Assembly (NCBI GenBank): GCA_031414595.1 | Contig: JANNVX010000039.1 | Coordinates: 1-46,164 of the forward strand | Direction of reading: 5' to 3' | Length of the DNA stretch: 46,164 nt | Source of the DNA: Deinococcales bacterium | GTDB taxonomy: Bacteria; Deinococcota; Deinococci; Deinococcales; JAAFIG01 | Shown: positions 1 through 10,216 of the stretch, piece after piece | Layout: every line of letters starts with the position of its first letter | How positions within the stretch are numbered: position 1 is the stretch's first letter | Translations under genes and position numbers: made by a program | Notes under the pieces: model-generated | What the model was told of the DNA's origin: nothing | What the model saw: the letters and a program-made list of their open reading frames with translations, nothing else | Database searches by the model: none

Positions 1-104
1 GGGGTTCGCCCCTACAAAATACATTTTTATGCCCTTTTTGTAGGGACAGGCGACCATGCCCGTCAGGTGCGTGTTTATGGTCAAGACACCCCTGTGTCTG
101 TCCT
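1..104. repeat. GTAG-type REP-like doublet, truncated by the window edge; related to the element at 16558-16759
   Basis: Reverse complement of 1-15 is GTAGGGGCGAACCCC; GTAGGGACAG at 40; CCCCTGTGTCTGTCCTG at ~88-104 is identical to the copy at ~16687-16703. Confidence 0.6.
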
Positions 105-193
105 GTGCTAACGATAATTTTCCATTCTTTCGGAGGCTCTATTTTCAACTTGATTTCTCGAGCAATTCAAAACGATTTTGCTATACTCAAAGC

Positions 194-619
194 ATGAAAC
201 GCAAACCCTCGAGTCTGACCCCAGATGCTTTTTTAGAAGCGGTGCTGGATGCGGGTGGACTCGAGGATCGGGTTTTGGTGGCGCTAGAAGTTAAACCCAA
301 AGCCTTACACAATTTTCTCGAGAAAAACCCAGATGTACGCCAAGCAGCCTTATCCGAACTCGAGGAACGAGAATTTGACACCTCGGAAATGCACTTTGGT
401 TGGTTGCGCCTAAGTACAAAAGTAAGCCCTGAAAGCGAAGAAGATGCAAATTGGGCGCGGTACAAAGCACTGCTCGAGGAAGAACCACGGCTAGAAGCGC
501 TCGAGAGCTTAGAGAACGCAAAGATGAAAACCGAGAATTTGGTTTCTCAATTGCAAGCCGCTAAACGCGCTAAAATCGAGGCAAAGAAAGTACGCCAAGT
601 ACAAAATTGGGAAGATTGA
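194..619 (+). CDS. Hypothetical protein (141 aa), helical with a coiled-coil C-terminus
   Basis: Start moved to ATG 194 because TATACT (182-187) lies 6 nt upstream (leaderless layout); the upstream part of the track ORF overlaps the REP element. Confidence 0.7.
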   Translation: MKRKPSSLTPDAFLEAVLDAGGLEDRVLVALEVKPKALHNFLEKNPDVRQAALSELEEREFDTSEMHFGWLRLSTKVSPESEEDANWARYKALLEEEPRLEALESLENAKMKTENLVSQLQAAKRAKIEAKKVRQVQNWED

Positions 620-628
620 ATTTTTACC

Positions 629-2662
629 TTATCTTTTTCCCCTCGAGCGTTTCTGTGGTTTACCACCGGGCATATTGATGGTTTTAACTTCTTTGCCAGA
701 TAGCTTGGTCTCGAGTTGCCTGATTTGGTCGCGGAGTCGGGCTGCACCTTCAAAGTCCATCGCTTCGCTGGCTTGCCACATGTCTAGCTCTAAATCGGTG
801 ATGGCACTTAAGATGTCGTCTTTACTTAAGCTAATGTCAGTTGGCTCGAGTGGCGTTTCTGGGGCTTCTTCACCTCGTATGACCTTACGAATGCTTTTGC
901 TGATGGTCGTCGGGGTGATGTTGTGTTCAAGGTTATAGGCTTCTTGGATAGCTCTGCGCCGATTGGTTTCTGAAATGGCAAACTGCATGGCTGGAGTAAT
1001 ACTATCGCCGTACAAAATCACTTCGCCGCCAACATTGCGGGCAGCCCGTCCGATGGTTTGGATTAAACTGCGTTCGGAACGTAAAAATCCGGGTTTATCG
1101 GCATCGAGTATGGCAACTAAGCTGACTTCCGGCAAGTCCAGCCCTTCGCGCAATAAGTTAATCCCAACCAGCACATCAAAATGCCCAAGGCGTAAATCGC
1201 GGATAATCTCTTGGCGTTCCATCGTATCAATCTCGGAGTGCAAGTAGCGGGCTTTGACATTATGCGATAGTAAATACTCGGTTAGGTCTTCGGACATGCG
1301 TTTGGTCAGGGTCGTGACCAGCACCCGCTCATCTCGAGTCGCCCGAACTCGGATACGCCCAAGTAAATCTTCAACTTGCCCCAAAGTCGGACGAATCTCA
1401 ATTTGAGGGTCAACCAAACCCGTTGGACGTATCACTTGGTCAATAATCTGACTCGAGATGCTGCGTTCATACTCGCCGGGTGTGGCAGAAACATAAACCA
1501 CTTGTCCAACTTTTTCGTAGAACTCCTCGGTTTTTAACGGACGGTTATCCATGCAGCTTGGCAACCTAAACCCATAATCAGATAAAGTTTTTTTACGGGC
1601 ATAATCGCCTTTGTACATCCCGCCAATTTGAGAATGCGAAATGTGCGATTCGTCCAAAAAAGTAATAAAGTCGTCTGGAAAATAATCGAGCAAGGTATAC
1701 GGTTTTTCGCCCGGTTGCCGCCCATCTATGTGCCGGCTATAATTCTCGATGCCCGAACAATAGCCAAGTACCCGCATCATCTCGAGGTCATACAAAGTGC
1801 GTTCTTTAATTCGTTGTGCCTCGAGCAGCTTACCAACACTGTTAAAATACTCGAGTTGACTAGCAAGTTCGGCTTCGATTCCAGCGATTCCAGCATCTAT
1901 ATTGCCTTGCTCGGTCACATAATGCTTAGCGGGATAAATGACAGTGCTGCTGAGGTTTTGCAGGATTTCACCAGTCAATAAATTGACCACTTGAATCTGC
2001 TCGAGGTCATCACCCCAGAGTTGAAAGCGCATTGGGTGTTCGTCGTAACTACACCAGATTTCTAAAGTGTCGCCTTTGGCGCGAAAACGCCCCGGCAGCA
2101 GTTCAATGTCGTTGCGTTCATACTGAATCTGCACCAAGCGCTCTAAAATTGCGTCTCGAGCAATTGGTTTACCTTTCTCTAAATACAAATTCATGCGTTT
2201 GTACTCTTCGGGGTTGCCAAGTCCGTAAATACAGGAAACACTGGCAACCACAATCACATCTCGGCGGGTCAGTAAACTGCGGGTGGTGCTGTGGCGCAGT
2301 CGCTCAATTTCTTGATTGACCGCAGAATCTTTTTCGATAAATAAATCCTTACCCGGAACATAAGCCTCTGGTTGGTAATAATCGTAATAAGAAACAAAGA
2401 ATTCCACCGCGTTATTGGGGAAGAACTCACGGAATTCTCCAGCTAATTGGGCGGTTAGGATTTTATTAGGGGCAATAATTAAAGCTGGGCGCTGAAGTTC
2501 TTGGATTGTTTTCGCCACTGAAAAAGTTTTTCCTGTGCCAGTGGCTCCTAATAAAGTCTGAAACCGAAAACCACTTTCTAAACCATCTACCATCTGAGCA
2601 ATGGCTTTAGGCTGATCGCCTTTGGCGCTAAATTCGGATTCGAGCTTGAAACGTTGATCCAC
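629..2662 (-). CDS. uvrB: Excinuclease ABC subunit B
   Basis: Walker [19 protein letters not shown] beta-hairpin, [24 protein letters not shown]-terminal UVR domain; GGAGG RBS before the GTG. Confidence 0.98.
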   Translation of the reverse strand: MDQRFKLESEFSAKGDQPKAIAQMVDGLESGFRFQTLLGATGTGKTFSVAKTIQELQRPALIIAPNKILTAQLAGEFREFFPNNAVEFFVSYYDYYQPEAYVPGKDLFIEKDSAVNQEIERLRHSTTRSLLTRRDVIVVASVSCIYGLGNPEEYKRMNLYLEKGKPIARDAILERLVQIQYERNDIELLPGRFRAKGDTLEIWCSYDEHPMRFQLWGDDLEQIQVVNLLTGEILQNLSSTVIYPAKHYVTEQGNIDAGIAGIEAELASQLEYFNSVGKLLEAQRIKERTLYDLEMMRVLGYCSGIENYSRHIDGRQPGEKPYTLLDYFPDDFITFLDESHISHSQIGGMYKGDYARKKTLSDYGFRLPSCMDNRPLKTEEFYEKVGQVVYVSATPGEYERSISSQIIDQVIRPTGLVDPQIEIRPTLGQVEDLLGRIRVRATRDERVLVTTLTKRMSEDLTEYLLSHNVKARYLHSEIDTMERQEIIRDLRLGHFDVLVGINLLREGLDLPEVSLVAILDADKPGFLRSERSLIQTIGRAARNVGGEVILYGDSITPAMQFAISETNRRRAIQEAYNLEHNITPTTISKSIRKVIRGEEAPETPLEPTDISLSKDDILSAITDLELDMWQASEAMDFEGAARLRDQIRQLETKLSGKEVKTINMPGGKPQKRSRGKR

Positions 2663-2721
2663 TTTTAACCTCCACCTCGAGTCTCGAGGTTATTTTGTCT
2701 ATTCTCGAGGATAGAGGTGTT

Positions 2722-2738
2722 TTCTGTCAATAGCAGAA
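2722..2738. promoter_or_regulatory. RDRM (DdrO operator) overlapping the TTGACA -35 of uvrB
   Basis: TTCTGTCAATAGCAGAA = TTCTG-N7-CAGAA, 17 bp. The minus strand reads TTCTGCTATTGACAGAA and contains TTGACA. uvrB is an established RDR-regulon member in Deinococcus. Confidence 0.85.
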
Positions 2739-2781
2739 TGGGCTTAGGTGATACAAGCAGGCGTAGCGGCGATTGTCATTC

Positions 2782-5616
2782 TTAAGCTGCCGAAAAAACC
2801 ATCGCTTCGGATGGAAGTTGAACTTGATTGCGCCATGCAAAAACTTGGCTGATGACTTGACTTAAATCCAAACGTTCGGTTTCAAACTCGAGTTGGGCTA
2901 GTTGGGCTGGGCTTAAACCACTCTCTGAATGCCATGCGGTTTTGCGTTTTAACCAACCTTCAGGTGGCGTAATCCGAAATTGGTAACTCAGCGATAGGCT
3001 GGCAGTGGCAAAAATTATCGCATGTTTGAAATCGCCTAGTTTATGGGCAATGATTGAGAAATTGTTGATCGCATAGATAATCGAAAAACGCCTTTCTAAA
3101 CGACAATAAATCTCGAGGGCTTCAGCGTAATTTTCAAGCGCAGCCTCAATGTTTTCTTGGTCAAAAGCATTTCTGCCCAGTTCAAGTAAACCATTGGCAA
3201 TGCCCTGTTGGTCGCCTAGTTCGCGTTTTAAGCGCAGAGATTCTTGTAGCATGACTTTTTCTAAGGCTAAGTCGCCTTGTTGCCCAGCGATTATCCCTAA
3301 GTTGCTGAGTGCATAAGCAATCCCTTGTTTATCGCTCATTTGACGCTTTAAGCGCAGGGATTCGCTAAAATACTCCTTTGCCTTCTCGAGGTCTTGCTGC
3401 ATGGCATAAATAATCCCAAGGTCGTTGATGCAAATAGCGATAGCATTAACATCGTTTAGCTCAGTAAACATCGTCTGGGCTTTTTCTAAGTGGATTTTTC
3501 CAAGGTCGAGATTTCCTTGTTCGCGCTCGAGTAAACCATAAAATTTTTCAGCAATGGCTAAGGCTTGAGCCTCGGATAGCATGAAAGCAAGTTGTTGGTA
3601 TTCTTTTACGCTAGCTCGAGCCAAGTCATATTCCGATAATTCTTTAGCCAAACTGGTTTGAGTCCATAAGGCACGTAGTCGAATTTGATTTGGTTCTGGG
3701 TATAAAGCCAAGTATTGTTTTGCCCATTCGATACCTTCACGGTGATAACCGCGCAAGTACCAAAAGTGTTCTAAATTGCCCACTAGCTGCATTCCATATT
3801 GATGATCATTGTTTAATCCCCAAGTTAGGACAGTACGAATGTTATCAAACTCTTGTTCGATGCGCCGACTCCATTCGGTTTGTTGTTCGCCCTTGGCATG
3901 TAAAAACCATTGTTCGGACAATTTAATTGTCACTGCTGCTAAACCCAACATGGCGTGGGCTTGATTTTCTAAGCTAAGTTGTTGCTGACTGTACTGTCGA
4001 ATCAATTCGTGAATTACAAAACGCTGCTCACGCCTCGAGATTAAGGATTTATTGACCAAGCGCAATAACAAAGGCAAACTTGCCCCTGTGACCTCTATTG
4101 CCATTGCCTTGTCAAAACCGCCACGAAAAACCGAAAGTTTTGCCAGAACATCTTGTTCGGCTTGGCTTAAAAGCGACCAACTAGAATGAAAGACCGCCGC
4201 AAAACTACGATGACGTGCAGGCATATCTGGGGAATCCACGGCGAGGACATCAAGGCTTTGCTCGAGTTCTTCGGCAATTTCGGGCAAAGTCAGGGTTCTA
4301 ACCCAACTGGCAGCCAGTTCTAAACCGAGCGGAATACCAGCCACGGCTTGATAAATTCGGTTAAAGGTTGCAAAATCGTCATTGAGCGAAAAGTCCAGAT
4401 GACTGCGCTGGGCAGCCCTGATAAAAAGTAAAGCCGCATCTTGGGTCTCGAGTGGAAAAACAGTGTCTGGGGCTGGTAGACCACTGAGTTCAATAACTTG
4501 TTCGCGCAAAAGCCCCAGACTTTCTCGGGAAGTCACCAAAAAACGAACCGAGGCGGTGGTTTCTAAAATTTTAGCGACTATTTCTTTGGCAGCCATGACA
4601 TGTTCAAAATTATCTAAAACGATCAACATAGACTTGTTGGCTAATACATGTTGTAAACGAGCCAGAGCCTCTTCTACGGGCTGCTCGCCTAGCGACTCGA
4701 GGATTGCATTTGGGACAAGTGACGGGTCGCTGAGCCTTGCCAAATCAACAAAAACCGCGCCATCTGGCATCATCACCAGATTTGCGACTTCAAGTGACAA
4801 GCGGGTTTTACCAATTCCGCCAACACCAACCAGACTTAGTAAACGACAATTGGGGTCTTTTAGCCGAACTGCAATTTGGTCAAGCTCGGCACGACGACCA
4901 ACAAAGGCACTGCTTGGCACAGGCAATTTGAACTGAGGCGGACTGATTTTAAGCACTCGCGTGTTGCTGCCCAAAGACTGAGCCAGCAGACGTAATTCCT
5001 TGGGAGGCTCGAGTTGTAAAGTCTGCATCAATTCACGTTCAAACCGTTCAAAGGCACGTTGTCCGACTTCGGGATTGTGTTTAGCATAATCCAGCAAGGC
5101 TTTTAGTAATTCTTCATTTAAGGGTTCAACAATTAGGGCTTGCTCGAGTAACAAGGCAGCCTCTGCTCCAGCCAAAATCGAAGCCTGTTCTAAGGCAGCA
5201 AAACGAAACTGGGTGCTTAAAGTGGCGCGTTCCAAAGCAAACCACTCCTCGAGTTCGGCATGTTCAAAGAGCGCACCACGCAGTAAATCACCACGGTAGA
5301 GCTTTATGGCTTGCTCCCAGTTTCTGACTTGAATCGCCAAGCGAAACGACACCACATCGCTGTCCCCTGAATAGCGCAATTGTGTACTGGAGGTTTCTAC
5401 GGCTGTCCCATATGGCATTTGTTTAGCGCGGTAGAGCAATTGACGCAAACGCTGCTTTATTGCGCCGTCATCGCCGTCTTCTGCCCATAAAAGCAGCATT
5501 ATTTCGTCTCGAGTGACCCAATCATTTTGACACGCCAACATTGCCACCATATACAACGTCCGTTCAAGCGTTAGGGGCTTATCTTGGTAGGTTGGTGTTC
5601 CTAAAAGCCGAATCAC
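2782..5616 (-). CDS. AfsR/SARP-type regulator: wHTH-BTAD, NB-ARC-like ATPase, TPR repeats
   Basis: IRLLGTP N-terminus, LYRGDLL (BTAD), GVGGIGKT Walker A, LIVLDNFEH Walker B, GIPLGLELAA, C-terminal TPRs. GTG 5616 lies 6 nt after TATATT. Confidence 0.9.
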   Translation of the reverse strand: MIRLLGTPTYQDKPLTLERTLYMVAMLACQNDWVTRDEIMLLLWAEDGDDGAIKQRLRQLLYRAKQMPYGTAVETSSTQLRYSGDSDVVSFRLAIQVRNWEQAIKLYRGDLLRGALFEHAELEEWFALERATLSTQFRFAALEQASILAGAEAALLLEQALIVEPLNEELLKALLDYAKHNPEVGQRAFERFERELMQTLQLEPPKELRLLAQSLGSNTRVLKISPPQFKLPVPSSAFVGRRAELDQIAVRLKDPNCRLLSLVGVGGIGKTRLSLEVANLVMMPDGAVFVDLARLSDPSLVPNAILESLGEQPVEEALARLQHVLANKSMLIVLDNFEHVMAAKEIVAKILETTASVRFLVTSRESLGLLREQVIELSGLPAPDTVFPLETQDAALLFIRAAQRSHLDFSLNDDFATFNRIYQAVAGIPLGLELAASWVRTLTLPEIAEELEQSLDVLAVDSPDMPARHRSFAAVFHSSWSLLSQAEQDVLAKLSVFRGGFDKAMAIEVTGASLPLLLRLVNKSLISRREQRFVIHELIRQYSQQQLSLENQAHAMLGLAAVTIKLSEQWFLHAKGEQQTEWSRRIEQEFDNIRTVLTWGLNNDHQYGMQLVGNLEHFWYLRGYHREGIEWAKQYLALYPEPNQIRLRALWTQTSLAKELSEYDLARASVKEYQQLAFMLSEAQALAIAEKFYGLLEREQGNLDLGKIHLEKAQTMFTELNDVNAIAICINDLGIIYAMQQDLEKAKEYFSESLRLKRQMSDKQGIAYALSNLGIIAGQQGDLALEKVMLQESLRLKRELGDQQGIANGLLELGRNAFDQENIEAALENYAEALEIYCRLERRFSIIYAINNFSIIAHKLGDFKHAIIFATASLSLSYQFRITPPEGWLKRKTAWHSESGLSPAQLAQLEFETERLDLSQVISQVFAWRNQVQLPSEAMVFSAA

Positions 5617-5713
5617 TTCTTTAATATACGAGATTTTTAATGGGAACAAAAATTTATTTGACCTGAAATCAATTTTCATCAGAACTTGCTGATTTACGGG
5701 TTAGACTGTCGGT

Positions 5714-6253
5714 ATGAAAAAGTCGTTTTGGGTTGTACTGGTCTTGTTTGCATTCTTTGGCTCGAGGGCAACGGCACAGAGTTTTTCGATAGAAGCAGGA
5801 TTAACCAATTTCTTTGGAATGCCCGGAATTGCGGCTGGAGTCTTTTTTCCTACCGAACCAACTGGCATGAGCGGCGGGCGAATCCATGTCTATTTCGCCT
5901 CAGATGCCCTAAACGCCCTTGGCTTTATTGGTGGCACTGGTAAAACGGGTTGGGTCTTCGGAGCGCGTTCCGAGGTGCTAATTGGACAAAGTTTGCTGCC
6001 GCTTCTTGGGGTAAATGCTGATTACTTGGGGGCATACGCTAAACTTGGGGTTGCGCTGATGATAGGGAATATCTCGAGCGCTGGCGGTGGATTACTGAAT
6101 CTCCCTGTCGGACTTGGCATAGAGGCTGGGGCTGGAATCCTGCTGCAAATTCCCAAAGTGATTGGAGCATTTTTTGAAATTGAAGCTGGCTTTTTGCTGC
6201 CCGCCCAATGGTATGCCACCCTTAACTTTGGACTGCGATTACGGATTAGTTAA
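5714..6253 (+). CDS. Secreted, probable small outer-membrane beta-barrel protein
   Basis: Signal peptide ending ATA-Q, Gly/aromatic amphipathic strands, C-terminal LNFGLRLRIS; TAGACT 6 nt before the ATG. Confidence 0.65.
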   Translation: MKKSFWVVLVLFAFFGSRATAQSFSIEAGLTNFFGMPGIAAGVFFPTEPTGMSGGRIHVYFASDALNALGFIGGTGKTGWVFGARSEVLIGQSLLPLLGVNADYLGAYAKLGVALMIGNISSAGGGLLNLPVGLGIEAGAGILLQIPKVIGAFFEIEAGFLLPAQWYATLNFGLRLRIS

Positions 6254-7246
6254 ATGCACAACTTGGCACTGATTGGCTTTGGCAATGTCAACAAAGGTTT
6301 ACTAGAACTGCTCGAGCAGAAAAAAATAGAACTTGAAGCCCTGGGAATAACTTTTCAAATCACTGGGGTGTACTCGAGGCGCTTAGGTTTTATTGTCAAC
6401 CCAAATGGCTTAAACCTGTCGGATTTACTGGGGAATCGCGTTGCCCCAGACCCAAGTATTCAAAGTGTCCCCGAATTCTTAAGTGCGGCACAAGCCACAA
6501 CGCTTTTTGAAGCCTCGAGTTTAGAGCCTTTTAGCGGACAACCTGCCATTGATTACATCCGAGCCGCCCTACAAATCGGCGCTCATGCGATTACCGCCAA
6601 CAAAGGACCCTTGGTTCATGCTGCCGCCGAACTCGAGCATTTAGCCCAAGCCAACAAGGTTAAATTTAGGTACGAAGCCACTTTTATGGGTGGAATCCCA
6701 ATTTATAGTTTGCTGCGCGAATGCTTACCTGTAGCCAAACTGCTGCGCTTTCGTGGTTTACCGAACAGCACCAGCACGGTGATTCTCGAGGCGTGGGAGA
6801 ATGGGCTAAGTTATGAAGAAGGGGTGCGCCGCGCCCAAGAAATGGGGATTGCCGAAACTGACCCAAGCATGGATGTGGATGGCTGGGACAGTGCTGTAAA
6901 AATTGTTGGACTGGCAAACACGGTCATGAACGCTAACCTTAAACTCGAGGATTGCACGGTTGTCGGTATTCGCAGCCTCACCCCAGAGCAAGTGCGAGCC
7001 GCTAAACTCGAGGGACAGCCGTACCGCTTGGTTGCCAGCTTGCGCTTATTTGGTAAAGCAGTCATGGCACGGGTTGCCCCAGAACAGGTCAGTGGTGTGT
7101 TTGCCACGGTAACGGGCAACGATATGTTGGCACGGTTTACTTTTGATGTTTTACCCGCCGTTGAACTTATCTCGAGGGATTCGGGTGCAAAAGAAACGGC
7201 ATACGATATGCTGGCAGATTTTGTCAGTATCGCTAAAGCAAAATAA
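6254..7246 (+). CDS. hom: Homoserine dehydrogenase (no ACT domain)
   Basis: GFGNV Rossmann motif, AITANKGP, YEATFMGGIP, AQEMGIAETDPSMDVDGWDSAVK. Confidence 0.88.
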   Translation: MHNLALIGFGNVNKGLLELLEQKKIELEALGITFQITGVYSRRLGFIVNPNGLNLSDLLGNRVAPDPSIQSVPEFLSAAQATTLFEASSLEPFSGQPAIDYIRAALQIGAHAITANKGPLVHAAAELEHLAQANKVKFRYEATFMGGIPIYSLLRECLPVAKLLRFRGLPNSTSTVILEAWENGLSYEEGVRRAQEMGIAETDPSMDVDGWDSAVKIVGLANTVMNANLKLEDCTVVGIRSLTPEQVRAAKLEGQPYRLVASLRLFGKAVMARVAPEQVSGVFATVTGNDMLARFTFDVLPAVELISRDSGAKETAYDMLADFVSIAKAK

Positions 7247-7249
7247 AAA

Positions 7250-7272
7250 CTCCTCGAGCTAGACTCGAGGAG
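7250..7272. terminator. Hairpin built from two CTCGAG copies between convergent hom and malG
   Basis: CTCCTCGAG-CTAGA-CTCGAGGAG with an A-tract on the left (U-tail on the minus strand). Confidence 0.6.
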
Positions 7273-7292
7273 AGAATAAACAGGGGAGAGGA

Positions 7293-8660
7293 TTAGCCTT
7301 TTTCGCCGCCAGCCGTGTTACCCGAAACAAAGACTTGTTGGAAGCTGTAGTACAAAAGCACAATCGGAATCGCACCAAGTACCGCCGCCGCCGCAAATGT
7401 GCCGTATTCGACACTGAATTGCCCTGTGGCAAATGACCGAAGTCCCACACCGACATTCCAGTTCTGAGCGCCCGTGACCAGCACATTGGCGGTTAAGAAT
7501 TCGGTGTATGTCCCCACAAACTGCATCAAAAAGATAAAAACCATCATTGGACCAGATAGCGGCAGCACAATTTTGGTAAACGCCGTCCAACGTGTGCAAC
7601 CGTCCACCAAAGCAGCTTCCTCGAGACTGGCTGGAAGGCTCTCGACGTACCCCTTGTAAATCCAAGTGCCAAAAGAAACTGCGCCGCCCGTATAAGCAAT
7701 CACCAATCCTGGTAGGCTTTCGGTTAAGCCAAGGCGGTAAATCAGTTCGTACATGGCGACCAAACCAAGTAAAGCTGGGAACATCTGAATAAAAATTAGG
7801 AACATCAAAAATTCAAAACGCCCTGGAAAACGCAGACGGGCTAATCCATAACCCGTGGTGGTACAAAGCAGCACGGTTAGAATTCCAGTTGCCCCAGACA
7901 CCAAAAAGGTATTGCGAATCCAAAGCAGAAACTTGCTCGAGTTGCTAAAACCCGTGAATTGGTCAATGGTCAAAGTAGCAAAGAAGGCAAAAACCCCAAG
8001 AATCGCAAGCCAAGTGCTAACCACTCGAGCGCGAGTGATGTTAGGGTCGGCAAGCCCGCCGCTAGTGCGTTGCACAATCGCCCAAATCACAGCAATACCC
8101 AGTACACCCAGCGCCGAAACACCCAAGAGCAACCATTGCCAAGAAAAGATATTGACCCCATCAAAGAGTTTGGCGTAATTGGCAAAACTCATCCCCTCGA
8201 GACTGGGAAGCACTCGAGACCGAATCAGCAGAGGTTCTTCGCTTGTCCCTAGGGTGGCTTGGGTCAAGCGGTTTAGTGGGTCAAACGAGGCGCTGATCAC
8301 ATAAAAAATCGGATAAAGCGAAAACAGAATCACAATCCAAAAGAACACATGGGTCAGTTGGTCATTTAAGACCGATAAGTAATTGACTTTGCCGTATTTA
8401 CGCTGCCTTTGCCCAATGACTTGACCAATATAACTGGTTAAGCAAACTAAACCGACAATTGCTATAAAACCAAATAAGGTGTTGAGTGCCGCGTTTTCTG
8501 GGTAGAGAATAGCAAAGCTCTTGCCTTTCATTCTCGAGTTTAAGTCCTGCCCTAAAAAGAATAAAGCAATCAGAACACCAGCAAGAATACTCACGTTTAG
8601 TACAATCCGCCATGTTGGGGTTTTTTGTTCATACTGCATTGGGGTGTTGGGGCTACTCAT
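7293..8660 (-). CDS. malG: Sugar ABC transporter permease, MalG type
   Basis: EAA motif LEEAALVDG, multiple TM helices, QMFP, C-terminal AGGEKG; ATGA overlap with the malF stop. Confidence 0.85.
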   Translation of the reverse strand: MSSPNTPMQYEQKTPTWRIVLNVSILAGVLIALFFLGQDLNSRMKGKSFAILYPENAALNTLFGFIAIVGLVCLTSYIGQVIGQRQRKYGKVNYLSVLNDQLTHVFFWIVILFSLYPIFYVISASFDPLNRLTQATLGTSEEPLLIRSRVLPSLEGMSFANYAKLFDGVNIFSWQWLLLGVSALGVLGIAVIWAIVQRTSGGLADPNITRARVVSTWLAILGVFAFFATLTIDQFTGFSNSSKFLLWIRNTFLVSGATGILTVLLCTTTGYGLARLRFPGRFEFLMFLIFIQMFPALLGLVAMYELIYRLGLTESLPGLVIAYTGGAVSFGTWIYKGYVESLPASLEEAALVDGCTRWTAFTKIVLPLSGPMMVFIFLMQFVGTYTEFLTANVLVTGAQNWNVGVGLRSFATGQFSVEYGTFAAAAVLGAIPIVLLYYSFQQVFVSGNTAGGEKG

Positions 8661-10066
8661 TTGCTCGCCTCCTTAAATACGCCAGCTGCACGGAAATTAA
8701 AGTATGAAATAATCACGGTCAGCACACCGACAATCACCGAAACTGCCCCAGCTAAACCGTAAGCCTGAGCGCCCGCCCCAGTAAAGGCGGTGTTAAAACC
8801 CCATGAAAGCAGAATATCGGTGGCTCGAGCCGTGGCTTCGCGTCCTTCTTCGGCAGGTCCGCCACCAGTTAAGAGGTAAATAATTCCAAAGTTATTGAAG
8901 TTATAAGCAAAAGTCGCCAACACAATCGGCGTAAATGCAGCTTGGAGCATTGGTAAGGTAATAAACTGAATTTGTTCGATTTTGGTCGCACCGTCCATCT
9001 CAGCAGCTTCGTAGAGTTCATCTGAAATAGCCGAGAGTGCGCCAAGGGTGGCGGTCATCATGTACGGAAAACCAAGCCAAAGATTGACCAACAGAATGGC
9101 TACTTTCGCCCAAAGTGGGTCGGTCAGCCACGGAATCGGCAGCCCACCGAATAAGCCAAGTAAACGGTTTAAGCCACCAAAGTTTTGGTTCAGTAACGCC
9201 ACCCAAAGTTGAATCGAAATCACACCCGGAACTGCCCAAGGTAGAATCAAAATCGAGCGGTAAAAATTACGAAACTTCAGGCGTTTGTTATTCAGTAAAA
9301 TACCAAGAAGTAGTCCAACAATGACGTTAATAATCGTGGTGGATAAAGCAAAAATAACTGTCCAAATCAGCACTGGATAAAGTTGCACACTGGCTTTAGA
9401 AAAAATATCTTGAAAATTACCCAGCCCAATGTTTGCCACTGGGTTAATTCGCCGCACTCGAGTAATGTCGGTTGGTAAGACACCTTGGTTTGGTGCGAGG
9501 GTGATGGTTTTGGCATCTACTTTCAGGACTTTGTACGTATCGCCCGGTTTACCTGTTTCGGCATCGGAGCGAAGCTCGATAGGTTCGTTTACACAGGCAG
9601 TTTGCCGACAAGCTAAAGTCTCGAGTTTTGATTCACCTGTTAATTCTAAGGTATCTGCGCCAATCACTTTAACCGAAATTTCGGTGGTGCTGTCCGGGCG
9701 GTCATTATTTTGCGAATTAAAATTGGTAAAGGCATATCCAAAAGTCATGATCAGTGGATAAACCGTAAAAGCCAAAATACAAATAATGGCTGGAATCATG
9801 TAGTACCAATTGATTAACCACGGGAAAATCCGTACTGCCACCAGCATTAAAGGAATAAGGGCAAGCACCACAAAAACCAGCAGTAACCACGGTTCGGCAC
9901 TTGGGATTGCTGCCACCACACCACTGGTCACAAGTAGACCAATCAGTAAACCCAAGGCACAAATGCCAAGCACCAAGCCAATTGCAAATGCCACACCGCC
10001 AGTTCCTTCTGGTGGTTTGTTCGAGCCAACCCCAAAAATATCTGGTTTTGCTGTCATCATTGCCAT
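8657..10066 (-). CDS. malF: Sugar ABC transporter permease, MalF type
   Basis: LILPWAVP, VNLWLGFPYMM, LYEAAEMDGA, FAYNFNNF, TDIL motifs. Confidence 0.88.
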   Translation of the reverse strand: MAMMTAKPDIFGVGSNKPPEGTGGVAFAIGLVLGICALGLLIGLLVTSGVVAAIPSAEPWLLLVFVVLALIPLMLVAVRIFPWLINWYYMIPAIICILAFTVYPLIMTFGYAFTNFNSQNNDRPDSTTEISVKVIGADTLELTGESKLETLACRQTACVNEPIELRSDAETGKPGDTYKVLKVDAKTITLAPNQGVLPTDITRVRRINPVANIGLGNFQDIFSKASVQLYPVLIWTVIFALSTTIINVIVGLLLGILLNNKRLKFRNFYRSILILPWAVPGVISIQLWVALLNQNFGGLNRLLGLFGGLPIPWLTDPLWAKVAILLVNLWLGFPYMMTATLGALSAISDELYEAAEMDGATKIEQIQFITLPMLQAAFTPIVLATFAYNFNNFGIIYLLTGGGPAEEGREATARATDILLSWGFNTAFTGAGAQAYGLAGAVSVIVGVLTVIISYFNFRAAGVFKEASK

Positions 10067-10125
10067 GTTTCTCTCCTCTTAAACTGGCGTGTACTCGAGA
10101 ACCGTTAAATAAGACCATTGAACGC

Positions 10126-10156
10126 AAAAACCCCGCCCTTTTCAAGAGCGGGGTTT
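10126..10156 (-). terminator. Stem-loop between malE and malF (terminator or mRNA stabiliser)
   Basis: AAAAACCCCGCCCTT-TTC-AAGAGCGGGGTTT; U-tract on the minus strand. Confidence 0.75.
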
Positions 10157-10216
10157 GGATTGTTAAGTCTCGAGCTTTCTCATATTTTAATTTCCGAAAC
10201 TCGAGTCCTAAAAAGA

